The notes under the pieces are model-generated. The model had not been told where the DNA came from. It did not search any database and worked only from the letters and a program-made list of their open reading frames with translations. Both the position numbers and the translations under genes were made by a program. Positions 35,367 through 48,638 of a stretch of 64,000 bases of DNA are shown in pieces. Source of the DNA: Mobula hypostoma (taxonomy: Eukaryota); NCBI RefSeq assembly GCF_963921235.1, contig NC_086097.1:135720001-135784000 (forward strand). Reading direction: 5' to 3'. Each line of letters starts with the position of its first letter. The stretch's first letter is position 1.

Positions 35367-38300
35367 TGTCAGGCCAAAAACAATGTTATTACACCTTCCA
35401 GTATCCAGCTAACTAATAAGATTCAGCTGCTACTCATGTCCAACTCATCACCTGCAGCCTATTTAAATCCAGCTCTTATCTGCAGTCTTTTGTTCACCCA
35501 TTGAACCAGCTAGCCTCAACCAGTGGCTTTGAGCCTTCAATTACATTCTTTCTTTGTTCTTGTTAAATATCTGTTCTCTCTTGTTTGGTGGTCCCTCCTG
35601 GCTTGTTATTTTGCAGTTTGTTAGTAAAATATTGTTTACTGCCAAATTGTCTCTGCTGCTCAGCGTTTGGGTCAAGCCTCGTCTATATTTCCTGACAGGA
35701 TGGGTGAAGTGCCTACTGTGTGTAGAAAAATAGTACCACCAGGTAGAGACAAGCGGTCTTCTACCTGGCAAGCTTCCTGTCCTTTTGTTCCAGCACCACA
35801 GATCTGTATGCTCCTCCACACCCTGATTGTACTACACAGGAGGTTCTGGTGAATTCTGGCAGCAGGCAACTTACTGGACTGGCCACTGTGTGTGCAGCTT
35901 GGACTCTCTTCTGAGTCTTATCTCTCGCCCATTCTGCATCACAACCGTTGACGGATATCCCTTGTGGTCTGGGATGGTCAGATTATGCTCACGGCCTGTG
36001 GATGTGTGCATCAGAGAATATTGTAATCTATCCAATTCCTCATTATCCACTCACCTAACACTCCTCTCATCTTGGGTTACCCCTGGCTCTCAACTGGTGA
36101 TCCTCACTTGGCCTGGCCATCCGGTTCACTACTGAGTTGAGGACCCATTTGCCGGAGCAGCTGCCTGCACGCTCAGCTGGTTTCACACCGTAAATCTGAG
36201 GAGACAGAGGAAACTCTCGACCTCACTCAACTCCCACAGGACTATAATGACTTAACAATCACCTTCAGTAGGAGGGAAATTGGCACCCTGCCGCCTGACA
36301 GACCGCACAACTACACTATCAACCTCCTCCTGGGCACCACCCTGACACCCAAGCCTTGAATGACTACATCCCTGAAGCGCTACAGCATGGTGACCTTCAG
36401 CCATCCCAGTCCCCAGCTGGTGCAGGATTCTTCTTTGTCAAAAAGGATGATGGGGGTCTTTCTTCCTGCATTGACTACCATAGACTCAACAAAATCACCA
36501 CTAAGGACCGCTACCCTCCTTGATGGATAGCCCATTGAAACACCCTGCGGGGCCCAGATCTTCACCAAACTGGATCTATGGAGTGCTTACAACATGATCA
36601 GGATCAGTCAGGGACAGGAATGGCAGGCTGTGTTCATAACACACACAGGCTACTACAAATACTTGGTGATGCTTTTTGGAATTTCCAGCAGTCCAGCCAT
36701 TTTCCAAGCCTTCATCAACAAGATCCTCCGAGACATCCTCCGAGACATGCGACATGTGTTCATCTAACTCAATGCCATCCTCGCCTTCTCCAAGGAGCCC
36801 TAATACCATGTCAGTCTTTCAGAGTCTTGTCGAAAACCAGTTGTACAGCAAGTTAGAAAAATGCCAGTTCCACGCCCCAGTCATTTCATAGAAACCAAGA
36901 AACATAGAATACCAGCATAATACAAGCCCTCTGGCCCACAAAGCTGTGCCGAACATGTACTTACCTCAGAAATTACCCAGAGTTACTGATAGCCCTCTAT
37001 TTTTCTAAGCTCCATGTATCTACCCAAGAGTCTCTTAAAAGACACTATCGTATCTGCCTCCACCACCGTCGCCAGCAGCCATTCCACGCATTCACCACTC
37101 TCCGCATAAAAAACTTACCCCTGACATCTCCTCTGTACCTACTTCCAAGCACCTTAAAACTGTGCCCGCTCGTGCTAGCCATTTCAGCCTTGGGGAAAAA
37201 ACCTCTGACTATCCACACAATCAATACCTTTCATCATCTTATACACCTCTATCAGGTCATCTCTCATCCTCTGTCACTCCAAGAAGAAAAGGCCGAGTTC
37301 ACTCAACCTATTCTCATAAGGCATGCTCCCCAATCCAGGCAACATCCTTGTAAATCTCCTTTACACCTTTTCTATAGTTTCCACGTCCTTCCTGTAGTGG
37401 GTGACCAGAATTGAGCACAGTACTCCAAGTGAGGTCTGACCAGGGTCCTATATAACTGTAACATTACCTCTCGGCTCTTGAACTCAATCCCACTGTTAAT
37501 GAAGGCTAATACACCGTATGCCTTTTTAACTGCAGAGTCAACCTGTACAGCAGCTTTGAGTTTCCTCAGACCCCAAGATCCCTCTGATCCTCCACACAGC
37601 CAAGAGTCTTACCATTAATACTATATCCTGCCATCATATTTGACCTACCAAAATGAACCACCTCACATTTATCTGGGTTTCCTTCCAGGGTTACATCTTT
37701 TCACCACAAGGCATGGCCATGGATTCAGAAAAAGAGTGCACCATCATTGAATGGCTCTGGTGGCGTTCTTCAAACCACTACAGCACTTCTTGGGCTTCTT
37801 CAATTTTTGCCGCTGTTTCATCGGAAACTACAGCCAAATCACCACTCCTCTCACCCCCCTCACCAATTCACTGACTTCACGGCTAAACTGGTCTGCTGCT
37901 ATAGACCACACTTCACAGGAGGTCAAAAGACACTTTACCACTGTTCCCATTCATTACCCTCCCCAAACATCCGTTAGCCGCTGAGACAGCGGACCTGGTT
38001 TTCCAAAGGGTGGTGTGCCTCCATGGTTTCCTTCAGCACATTGTGTTGGACTGGGGCACACAATTCGTCTTCCACGTCTGGTAAGCCTTCCGTTCCTTCT
38101 TCCGCACCTCAAAGAGTTTGTTCTCTGGCTATCATCCGCAGACCAATGGTCAGTCAGAAAGCCAGTCAGCAAGTGGAGATGTTTCTGCAATGCTTCGCCA
38201 CTTCTAATCCTTCCACACAGAAGAAGCATCTGCTCTGGGCTGAACTATTCCACAATCTACACACCTCCTCTGCTATATGAAGTGCTTCATGGCTACCAGC

Positions 38301-39197
38301 CCCCAATCTTCTCTGAAGAGGAGACAATGGTGGAGGTCTCATCCTCCAGGACCCTGGTTGGCCAACGCCAGAATGCTGGGAAGAGGACACGGAGGGATGT
38401 CCTAGCTGCCAACTGTGCTTGCTGCTACCAGGCTAACCACTGTCAGTAGCCAGCTAGGCCACTACGGCATGGGGACCATGTCTGGTTGTCCACCAGAGAT
38501 CTGCCCCTGTACACTTACTCCCGCAAGCTCTTGCCCAGTTCATTGGTTCCTTTAAGATTACCCATCGCATCAACCCAGTCACTTACCGTCTCCAGCTGCC
38601 ACTGTCCCTCAGGATCACACCTACTTTCCACATGTTCTATTTCAAGTCCATTGTCCATGGACCACTCCACCCACCTGAGCCTGCACCTCCAGAACCAAGT
38701 ATGGCAGAAGGTAGTTCAGTGCACATGATTTGATGGTTGATGGATTCATGTCATCGTGGACGGGCTGTGCAATGCCTGATTGACTGGGAAAGGTACGGCC
38801 TGAAGGACAGGTCTGGGTGCCATCCAGTTTCATCTTGGATCCGTCGCTCATTGAGGAGTTCCACCGGACCCATCCGGATCATTCTGAGCCATGGGGTGCC
38901 ACATGGCTGTGGAGCCAGGCACCTCCCAGTCTCCATCCAGCTAACAGGCACCATCTGCCACTCATTTCCAATTCATCACCTGCTGCTTATTTAGACCCAG
39001 CTCTCATCTACAGTCCTTTGATCACCAGCTCTGAGCCTTCAGTTAGTTTGTTGCCTGGTTGGTTAAGTATCTGTTTGCTCTTGTTTAGTGGCCCCTCGTG
39101 GTTTGTTATTTTGTAATTTGTTAGTAAAATATTGTTTCCTGCTAAATCATGTCTTCTGCTCTGGTTTTGGGTCAAGCCTCCTCTACATTTCCTGACA
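35367..39197 (+). mobile_element. Two-LTR Gypsy (sushi-type chromovirus), internally deleted and decayed
   Basis: 5' LTR 35367-35697 (TGTCA...TGACA); 3' LTR ~38900-39197 ending cctgaca; RT remnants (IFTKLDLWSAYNMIRI, SKLEKCQFH..SFQGYI), integrase, chromodomain (SSFILDPSLIEEFH); TSD caaac/caaaa; the flanks form one continuous host repeat. Confidence 0.9.
36888..37677 (-). mobile_element. CR1 3' fragment inserted into the Gypsy RT
   Basis: (catagaaa) tail at the left; Gypsy frame KCQFHAPVIS resumes as SFQGYIF; tttc duplicated at both junctions. Confidence 0.88.
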
Positions 39198-40342
39198 CAA
39201 AATGGTTGTAGTGTTGCTAAACTGAGATAGTGATTGGTACTGTACAGGTTGGTTCCAGAATCAAATGGTTCAAGGGAAGTAGCTGTTTTTGAACAATGTG
39301 GCGTGGGACTTCAAACTTTTATACCTCCTTCCTGATGTTAGCTATGAACCAGATGGTGGGGATCATTGATGATGGATGCTGCCTTCTTCAGGCAGCGTCT
39401 CTTGAAGACACTACCAATGGTGGGGAGGAATGCACCATGATTCACGAGGCAGAGTCCGCTACTCTCTGTAGTTTCTGATGAATTGCTGCACGAGACCATG
39501 ATGCAAACAATCAGAATATTCAGCAAGACAAACCTCCTTAGCCTTCTGAGAAAGCCAAGACGTTTCACACTTTTCTTCATTTGAGTCTATATGCTGTGCC
39601 CAGGACCTGGTTATTTGGTGAGTTAGGTCAGGCAGCATGTCTGGAACGGAAGACAGAGTTAACAGTTCAGGTCTGATTGGATTCTGGTGAAAGATATATG
39701 GAGAAAGTAATGTTCACCTCTCCCTAATGACTCCCATTTATACAGGAATATCAGGAATAGGCCAACAGTTACTTACCAGAATCTAGCACTGCTAAAGCTT
39801 TGTGTTCCTGCTTACCTCCCTCCAGCAGCTGTCTTCTATCTTCAGACTTCCTTGCCACCCCCCCTCCCCACCATCTTGTTCCATCTGTTTTTCCCTCCTT
39901 TTTCCTCTCTGGCTTGGTCTGCCATTGTCTTCCCACTCATAATGGCACCATTTATTCCCCTGTCATTATCTTCCCACTCGCCTTCCCTACATGATACTAC
40001 CAGTCTGCCCCCTTACACTCCTCAGTCCACCAGTCACCTCAAAACCTTCCTCTCCACTCCCTTTCTCCTCTTTGTACTGGCCGTTTCATCTCTCCACTCT
40101 CTGCCCTGATGCAGGATTTTGACCTGCAATGTTGACTATTCCTTTCCCCCTACATATGCTGCTCAACCCATTGAGTTCCTCTCATCAGAGATGCCCAATG
40201 GGTGAGCCTTCATCCACACTTTGGTAAATCTGACCTCCGGGCTACAGCCCATCCCCCTGCAGACAAAGAGAAGCTGGGAGCATCCAGTACAGAAGGCCAT
40301 ATGATGTAGGTCTGAGCAAACAGGTCAGCTTCTGCATAACTA

Positions 40343-40965
40343 CAAGGGTGATTGATAAGTTTGGGGCCTAAAGTAGAAGGAGTCGATTTTAGAAAGCCTA
40401 GCATGTTTATTTTTCAACATAGTCCCCTCCTACATGTACACACTTAGTCCAGCGGTCGTGGAGCATACGGATCCCTTCTTTGTAGAAGTGGTCTGCGGCA
40501 TGTGTGATTGATAAGTTTGTGGCCTAAGGTGGAAAGAGACGACTGATTGACTTCAAACTTCCTGCATTTTCACTCAAAGAGTTGAACTGCACATGCATGT
40601 AACGAGAGCATCTTGGACCTCAAGGTGGTCCACAGCAGGGGTGATTGATAAAATTGTGGCCCAAGGTAGAGGGAGATGAGTTATACCGCCCTCGTTACAT
40701 ACTCATGCAGTTCAACTCTTTGAATGAAAATGCAAAAAGTTTGAAGGTAATAACTCATCTCCTTCTACCTTAGGCCACAAACTTATCAATCACTCCTGCT
40801 GTGGACCACTTTCTGGAGGTCCAAGATGCCGACTTCTACAAAGAAGGGATCTTTATGCTCCATGACCGCTGGGCTAAGTGTGTAAATGTAGGAAAAATAA
40901 ATGTGCTAGGTTTTCTAAAATTGACTCCTTCTACCTTAGGGCACAAACTTATCAATCACCCCTTG
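40343..40965. mobile_element. Mariner-derived MITE with TA TSD
   Basis: TA at 40341-42 and 40966-67; inverted ends caagggtgattgataagttt / aaacttatcaatcaccccttg; arm encodes mariner C-terminus DADFYKEGIFMLHDRWAKCVNVG. Confidence 0.88.
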
Positions 40966-42390
40966 TACTTAAGAGTCGGTAGACTGGACAATGTTCAAGC
41001 ACCCAGCTGTCAGTCTAAATGAGTATGTTATCATCATCCTCACAGAAATATGGTGAGAACTCTGTACCAAAGAGGGTAATCCAGATATTCCTAAACCAGA
41101 AATGATGAATAAAATGGGGGATGCACTCCTGGTTTAGGTCTCCAATTTTCAAACCAAGTGATCTTGACCTGTACAATAAATCAAAATATGACCTCCAGAA
41201 AGCTATCAGAAATACCAAGAAACAGTATCAGCTCAAAATTGAGTCTTGCCATGAATTGCATGTTATAACAGACCAGAAAACAAAGTCAGCCGGTATTATC
41301 AACAATAGCACATCCCTTCTTGATGAATTTAACACATTCTATGCTCATTTTAACAGAAGGACAGCAGAATGTTGCCACCTACCCCTACAGTCTATGATGT
41401 ACCACTGTGGACGTAAGGACAGTCTTCTGGAGAGTGAGCTGTGAAAAGCATCTGGTGTACTTGGATACTGTGCAGATCAGCTGATGGGTAATTGCAGACA
41501 ATTGTAATTTCTCCTTGTTTTCATTTGTGGTTCCCATCCACTTTAAGAAGACCACTATCATCCTGCTACCTAATGAAAAGAAAGTAACACGCCTTAATGA
41601 CTATCACCCAATGGCTCTAACATTTACCACCATGAAGTGCTTCGAGAGGTTGGTCATGGCATGTGTTAACTCCAGTCTTCCAGACAACCTCAACCCATTG
41701 CAATTGACCTACTGATGAAACAGGTCAATGGTGGACACTGCTTCAAGTTTAAGTTTAATTGTCATACAACCATACATATGTGTACAGTGAAATGAACCAG
41801 TGTTCCTCTGGGACCAAGGTGCAAAGTGCAGTATGTATAGTTACACTCTGCACATATAGTTACGATAGCACATACAGTCACAAAATCAATATTAGCACAA
41901 GTCCCTGAGTGGCATGGCCTGGAGATGAAGATGCATGTGATGTTGTCCTGGAGCCACGTTTCTGCAAAAATAATATGCAGCAGTTCTTCATCTCACACTG
42001 GGTCAGCTGCAAATGAAAGCAAATCAGCTTGTCTTCCAGAGAGCGAACACTGGAGAACAGCCTACAGGGGCCAGCCCCCAGCCCAGCATGGACATCAACA
42101 TGCCCGCCATGCCTCTGTTGTCTCTCACACCATATCCGGTGCCTCCTTCCTTGGGTGGCTGTAACAGGTGACCCTGGTCCTCATAACAACCACGGCCACG
42201 CAGCTTTCCTGCCATCCGTCTCCCCAATTCACCGGACTTGCAATATTTTATATTACCAATGTCCAACAGGGTCTTGCGATAACAAGGAAAACATTATACA
42301 CACACATTTGCACCATTTATTTGACTTGGAGAAGCCACAGCAACCAAGTGCACAGCTAGCTTACTGTAAGATGCTAGATTCCATGGTCCT

Positions 42391-42944
42391 TGTTGTGGCG
42401 TGGATGAAATCACTGGAGAGACAGAGTCACTGGTAGATACAAAGCAGCTGCTTTATTCGACACAACAAGGTACAGGCGGAGACGCTTTCGGTAGAAAGGT
42501 CTGCTAGCTCAATGTGGGCTCGATATTTATACGCTAAGCACAAAGGCAATCGCTACTTAAAAGTTAAAGACAATGCTTAGACAATGCTTCCTTTTGAAGC
42601 TACCTACAAACATCACATCTTCTGACTTCCTCCTGTCCTTCCGACGCCAACATGTCTGGGTTGGTATCCACAGCCTTCAGGAATGCAAGTTAAATCGACA
42701 ATACATTTATTTGGCATTTTACGTGCTAACATAGAAGACAATTAATATTTATAAAGTATAGATAATACTGTCTTCGAAACTACGGCATCTGGTCAAACTA
42801 CGGTGCCAAAAGCATCTGGTATTCACATCTTTTTAGGAAGCGCATTGTTGTGGACTCAATCCACAGTACTTTGTCAAATAGAAGTCTGGTGGCCAAAGTC
42901 ACTTAAGTGTAAACGAATCATCTACCCAAAAACTCACTCTAACA
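42391..42944 (-). mobile_element. Solo LTR (554 bp) with 5-bp TSD gtcct
   Basis: TGTT...AACA termini; TSD 42386-42390 / 42945-42949; TATAAA then AATAAA on the minus strand. Confidence 0.88.
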
Positions 42945-43780
42945 GTCCTACATTCAAATCTGGAGCATTTGGAAAGCCTAGACACCTACGTAAGACTATT
43001 TTTATTGACTACAGCTGTGCAATAACTCCAAGCAAACTCATCACCAAACTCCAGGTCCTGTGAGTCAACATTTCCCACTACAAATGCATCCTTGACTTCC
43101 TGGCCAACAGACTGCAATAAGTAAGGAAAGGCAGCAACACCTCTGCCACCATTACTCTAAACACTGGTGCGCAGTTTTCACACCTCCGCTTTACTCTTTA
43201 TATGCTGATGACTGTGTGGCCAGGCTCCAACTACAAGTTTGCAGATGATACCACTGTGGTGGGCCATTTCTCAAATGACAATGAGACACAGCTTAGGAAG
43301 CTTAGCAACATGGTGTCATTACAACAACCTTTACCTCAATGTCAACAAAACAATTAGGCTGGACACTGACTTCAGAAAAGGGAGCAATGTACATGCTTCT
43401 ATCTACATCAAAGGTTCTGCAGTTGAGAGGGCTTAGAGCTTCGTTCCCAGGTATGTGCACCACCAATAGCCTATCTTGGTCCAACAACATACATAGACAC
43501 GATAGCACAGAAAGCTCACCAATGCCTTTGCTTCCTCAAGAAGATAAAGAAACTTGGCACACTGCCTTTGATTCTTACCAATTTTTATGAATGCACCATA
43601 GAAAGCATCCTGTCTTAATTCATTATGGCTTGTACAGCAAATACTTTGCACATCTGCAAGAAACTACAGAACAATGTGGACACAGCTCAGGACATCATAG
43701 AAATAAATGAACTGTGTGTCCCTGCAAATGAACTCTGTCTATTCTTCAGGGAACCTTGATAAAGCAGCCAGCATAATCAC

Positions 43781-44030
43781 AGAAACATAGAAAACCTACA
43801 GCACAATACAGGCCCTTCGGCCCACAAACCTGTGCCAAACATGTCCTTAGAAATTACCTAGTGTTACTCATAGCCCTCTATTTTTCGAAGCTCCAGGCAC
43901 CTATCCAGGAGTCTCTTAAAAGACCCTATCGTATCCGCCTCCACCACCATCGCTGGCAGCCCATTCCATGCACTCACCACTCTCTGCATAAAAAAACTTA
44001 CCCCTGACATCTCCTCTGTACCTACTTCCA
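43781..44030 (-). mobile_element. CR1 3' end (same subfamily as 36888-37677)
   Basis: FFMQRVVSAWNGLPAMVVEADTIGSFKRLLDR; catagaaa tail. Confidence 0.85.
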
Positions 44031-44061
44031 AGACCCCAAAGTGAATCGAAGCCACTCGCCC

Positions 44062-44672
44062 TCAAAGTTCAAAGTAAGTTTATTATCAAGGTACATATAC
44101 ATCACCTGATACTGCTCTGAGATTCATTTCCTTGCGGGCATTCACAGTAAGTATAAAGAAGCACGATAAGATCAACGAAAACCACACACAAGAAGACAAA
44201 CAACCAGTGTGCAAAAGACAACAAACTATGCAAATACAAAATGGAAAAAAAACAAATAGACTAATAATCATAAGATAAGCAATAAATATAAAAACAATGA
44301 AATGAAGAGACCTTGAAAATGGACCAAAGGTTGTGGGAACAATTCAATGATGGGGTGAGTGAAGTTATCCCCTCTGTTTCAAGAGCCTGATGGTTGAATG
44401 GCCATAACTGATCCTAAATCTCGTGGTGCAGGTCTTAAGGCTCCAGTACCTTCTTCCTGAAGGCAGCAATAAGAAGAGAACATAGCCTGGATGTTGGTGG
44501 TCCTTGACGATGGATGCTGCTTTCTTGCAACAGCTCTCAATTATAACTGTGCTCAGTAGTGGTTAGGGCTTTACTCGTGATGAACTGGACTGTCTCCACT
44601 CATTTTGTAGGCTTTTCCATTCAGAAGCATTAATGTTTCCATACCAGTCTGTGCTACAACCAGTCAGTATTG
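44062..44672 (-). mobile_element. Rex1/Babar LINE 3' part
   Basis: (tttgaac) tail; minus aagaaagcagcatcc.tcaaggacc motif. Confidence 0.75.
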
Positions 44673-44751
44673 ACTGAACATTCTGTCTTCTTCCCTCTTC
44701 CATTGGGCAGAGCATTTACCACCAGGCTCAAGGAAAACTTCTATCCCACTG

Positions 44752-46072
44752 AATTCCTGCCTCAGCAAGGACCTGGACCCACTGCAATTTACCTATTGTC
44801 ACAATAGGTCAATGGCAGACGCAATCTCAATGGTTCTCCACACAGCTTTAGACCACCTAGACAACACAAATACCAATGTCAAGATGCTGTTCATCGACTA
44901 TAGCTCAGCATTTAATGTCATCATTCCCACAATCCTGATTGAGAAGTTGCAGAACCTGGGCCTCTGTACCTCTCTCTGCAACTGGATCCTCGACTTCCTA
45001 ACCGGAAGACCACAGTCTGTGTGGACTGGTGATAACATATCCTCTTTGCTGATGATCAACACTGGCGCACCTCAGGGGTGTGTGCTTAGCCCACTGCTCT
45101 ACTCTCTGTATACACATGACTGTGTGGCCAGGCATAGCTCAAATACTATCTACAAATTTGCTGTCGATACAACTATTGTTGGTAGAATCTCAGGTGGTGA
45201 CAAGAGGATGTACAGGAGTGAGATATGCCAACTAGTGGAGTGGTGTTGCAGCAACAACCTGGCACTCAACATCAGTAAAACGAAAGAGCTGATTGTGGTC
45301 TTCAGGAAGGGTAAGACGAAGGAATACATACCAATCTCATAGAGGGATCAGAAGTGGAGAGAGTAAACTGTTTCAAGTTTCTGGGCGTCAAGATCTCTGA
45401 GGATCTAACCTGGTCCCAACAAATTGATGTAGTCATAAAGAAGGCAAGACAGTGGCTATACTTCATTAGGAGTTTGAAGGGATTTGGCATGTCAACAAAT
45501 ACACTCAAAAACTTCTATAGTTGTACCATGGAGAGCATTCTGACAGGCTGCATCACTGTCTGGTATGGAGGGGCTTCTGCACAGGACCAAAAGAAGCTGC
45601 AGAGGGTTGTACATTTAGTCACCTCCATCTTGGGTACTAGCCTACAAAGTACCCAGGACATCTTTAGGGAGCGGTGTGTCAGAAAGGCAGCGTCCATTAT
45701 TAAGGACCTCTAGCACCCAGGGAATACCCTTTTATCATTGTTACCATCAGGTAGGAGATGCAGAAGCCTGAAGGCACACACTCAGCGATTCAGGAACAAC
45801 TTCTTCCCTTCTGCCATCCGATTCCTAAATGGACATTGAAGCTTTGGACATTACCTCACTTTTTTAATATACAGTATTTCTGTTTTTGCACATTTTTTTA
45901 AAGATCTATTCAATATACGTAATAGATTTACTTGTTTATTTATTATGTTTATTTTATTTATTATTTTTATTTTTTCTGTCTCTGATAGTTTATGTATTGT
46001 ATTGAGCTGCTGCTAAGTTAACAAATTTCACGTCACATGCTGGTGATAATAAACCTGATTCTGATTCTGATT
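44752..46072 (+). mobile_element. Younger 5'-truncated Rex1/Babar LINE
   Basis: ORFs 44812-45342 and 45354-45713 ([45 protein letters not shown]); (gattct)n tail; TSD ccactg 44746-44751 / 46073-46078. Confidence 0.93.
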
Positions 46073-48638
46073 CCACTGTTATCAGACTCTTGAACAGATG
46101 TCTTGTATGATAAGATGAAGTCTTGACTTCATAATCTACCTCATTATAATCTTGAACTTTATTGTTTACCTGCACTTTACTTTCTTTGTAGCTGTTACAT
46201 TTCATTTTGCATTCTGTTAATTTTTTAGATTGCTCTGCGTCAATGCACTAAGTAATAATATGACCTATATTAACAGTATGCAAGAGAAGCTTTTCACTGT
46301 ATCCCGGTACGTGTGACAATAATAAACCAATTCCATTTTCAATTCCTGTAGATTGCTTGTTGCCTCTTGACCTGCAGAGTGTTTCCCGTATTTTCTGTTT
46401 TTAATTCAGATTTCCAGCATCTGCAGATTTTAAAAAATATTTTACTGAGGGTGTTGCAACTGCTGTCAATCAAGTTGAGTGGCCCTTTGATGTGTGGTCA
46501 GGGGCAGGAGCTGAGAAGAGTGATGTGTGGATGTTGGAATTTGGAGTCTCTTTGCAAATAGCTGGGAACATTTGGAAATATGAACAATGGCTCCCCTCAG
46601 ACCAATTAGCAAGTTAACACTTCGGACCCCTGTTGTGTGACTGAAAACAAACTTTTGGGAGAATCAAATGGATATATAGATAGCTTCAGAACTGATCCCT
46701 CTTTTGTAGGCAGGCAGCATTGGCAATTAACTCCTCGCGTGCTGAAGCTTTGCCAGAACTCTGGTGGCCAACTCTCACAGAATGTCAAAGTTTGTTGATC
46801 CTGGAAGTTTGCAGGAAATAACATGGGTGATAGAACTATATACTGCAAACTGGGAGCAGGAAAAGGAAAGAGGAATTCCCAAGAGGGAAAAAGAATTGGC
46901 CACTAATCTGCATCCTGCATGAATTGATAGTAATTTAATCTCAGATAAACTCACAGATGGTAATCCGGTCTCAGAGTGATTTACTGTACTCTGGAGCAAC
47001 ACAAAGTGCTGGAGAAACTCGGCAGGTCAGACAGCATCTATGGAGAGGAACTAACAATGCTTCAGGCCAAGACCCCTCATCAGTACCCTTGTGTTTATAC
47101 TGTAATCTGGAGTTGGAACATACTGTATCACTGCTAGTAAACCGCTGGACTCTCTAAAGCCGTGTCGTCAGCTGCCTGGACCCTAACCTTAGGATTTCCC
47201 TCCTTAGTGCTCTCTGAACCCTCTTTCCTCCTCTATTCAAAGACCATAAGGAGAGGGAGATGGAGTAGAGCTTTTGGCCTCTCAAATCCGCTCCAACATT
47301 CAATAAGATTGAAACTGATCCCACATTCCTAAAGAATCAGAATCAGAGTTAGGTTTATTATTGCTAACATATGCCATGAAATTTGTTGTTTTGCGGCAGC
47401 AAAACCTTCTGCCTTTTCCCTGCAACCTTCGATTACCTTACTGATTAGATAGCTATCTAGCTCAGCCTTAAATGTGCCCAAGGTCCCTATCCCTATATCC
47501 CTGTCTGGCAAGGAATTTCAAAGATTTTGAGAGAAGAAAACTTTTCTTCTTCATCTCAGATTTATTGGGTACCTCCTTTTTCTTGACCATAACATCCGGT
47601 TCTGGATTCTCTCATGAGCAGAAGCCCTTCTCAACATTTACTCTGTCTCGTCTCACCACTAAGAACTTGATGTATTTCAATAAGATTATCTTTTGTTCTT
47701 CAAACTCTAGTGGGTTGAGCCCAAATTTATTTGGCCTTTCCTCATTGGATAGCCCCTCTATACCCTGGGATCATCCTGGTGAGTGTTTTCTGAACTATGT
47801 CAAATGAAATAATGCCTTTCCTTGAACAAAATTAAAGCCCATTTCTTGGCTCAGTATTCTTCAGTGTAGTTCAATAGCTCTTCTTATATCTTCTCATATT
47901 TTTTTTAATAAATTTGCCCCAATGAGTCAATGCTGGCTCTCACAGTAACCCCAACAATCTTGTTCTCTCACAAGATTGTTACTATTCACACCTCAACTCT
48001 AAACCTTCTCCCCACTGCCCACAGCTATTCTTCTACCACCTACACACTAGGGACGAGGTACTGCAACCAAAGTCAAAGTCAAGTTGATTGTCAAATGTAT
48101 AAGTACATGCATGTGCAGGTGCAATGAAAAACTTACTTGCAACAGCATTGCAGGCACATAACATCACAAGAAAAGTATGCATTAAGCCTAAGGGTTACAA
48201 GAAAAGAAAATAAATTAGGACTAAAATATCCATTTTAGTGCAAAGTGATTTAAGTGGGCATAGTGTTGCTAAACTGTAGTGACTGGGGTTGTGCTTGATG
48301 GTTCAAGAAGCAAGTGGCTTTCCCATCTGCACGTCTTTACATGGGAGGAAATCAGAGCACCTGGGAGAAATTCATGCAGTCATAGTGAGAACATGAGCGA
48401 CGGTTCACCATCGAACCCTGGGAGCTGGAGCAGCACCAACCACAGCACCTCTCTGCCACCCTAGTTGCCTCGTGCTCCCGTGATGTTTTGCTCAGTTTTA
48501 CTGGTTAATTTGCAATGCTGTCCACAATATAGAACAAAGCAGTTCTGTCGTATCAATGGATCTTTTTGATTCTCCCTTATGTTTGATTTCATTCACGCAA
48601 TGGGGCTTCTGTAATGGAGCCGAACAGGCTGAAAAGGA

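Larger units (their letters stand above)
41010..46340 (+). mobile_element. Old Rex1/Babar LINE fragmented by multiple nested insertions
   Basis: Colinear pieces 41010-41740 (FKKTTII..LNDYHPMALT..MKCFERLV), 42950-43780, ~44675-44751 and 46073-46340. Confidence 0.8.
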
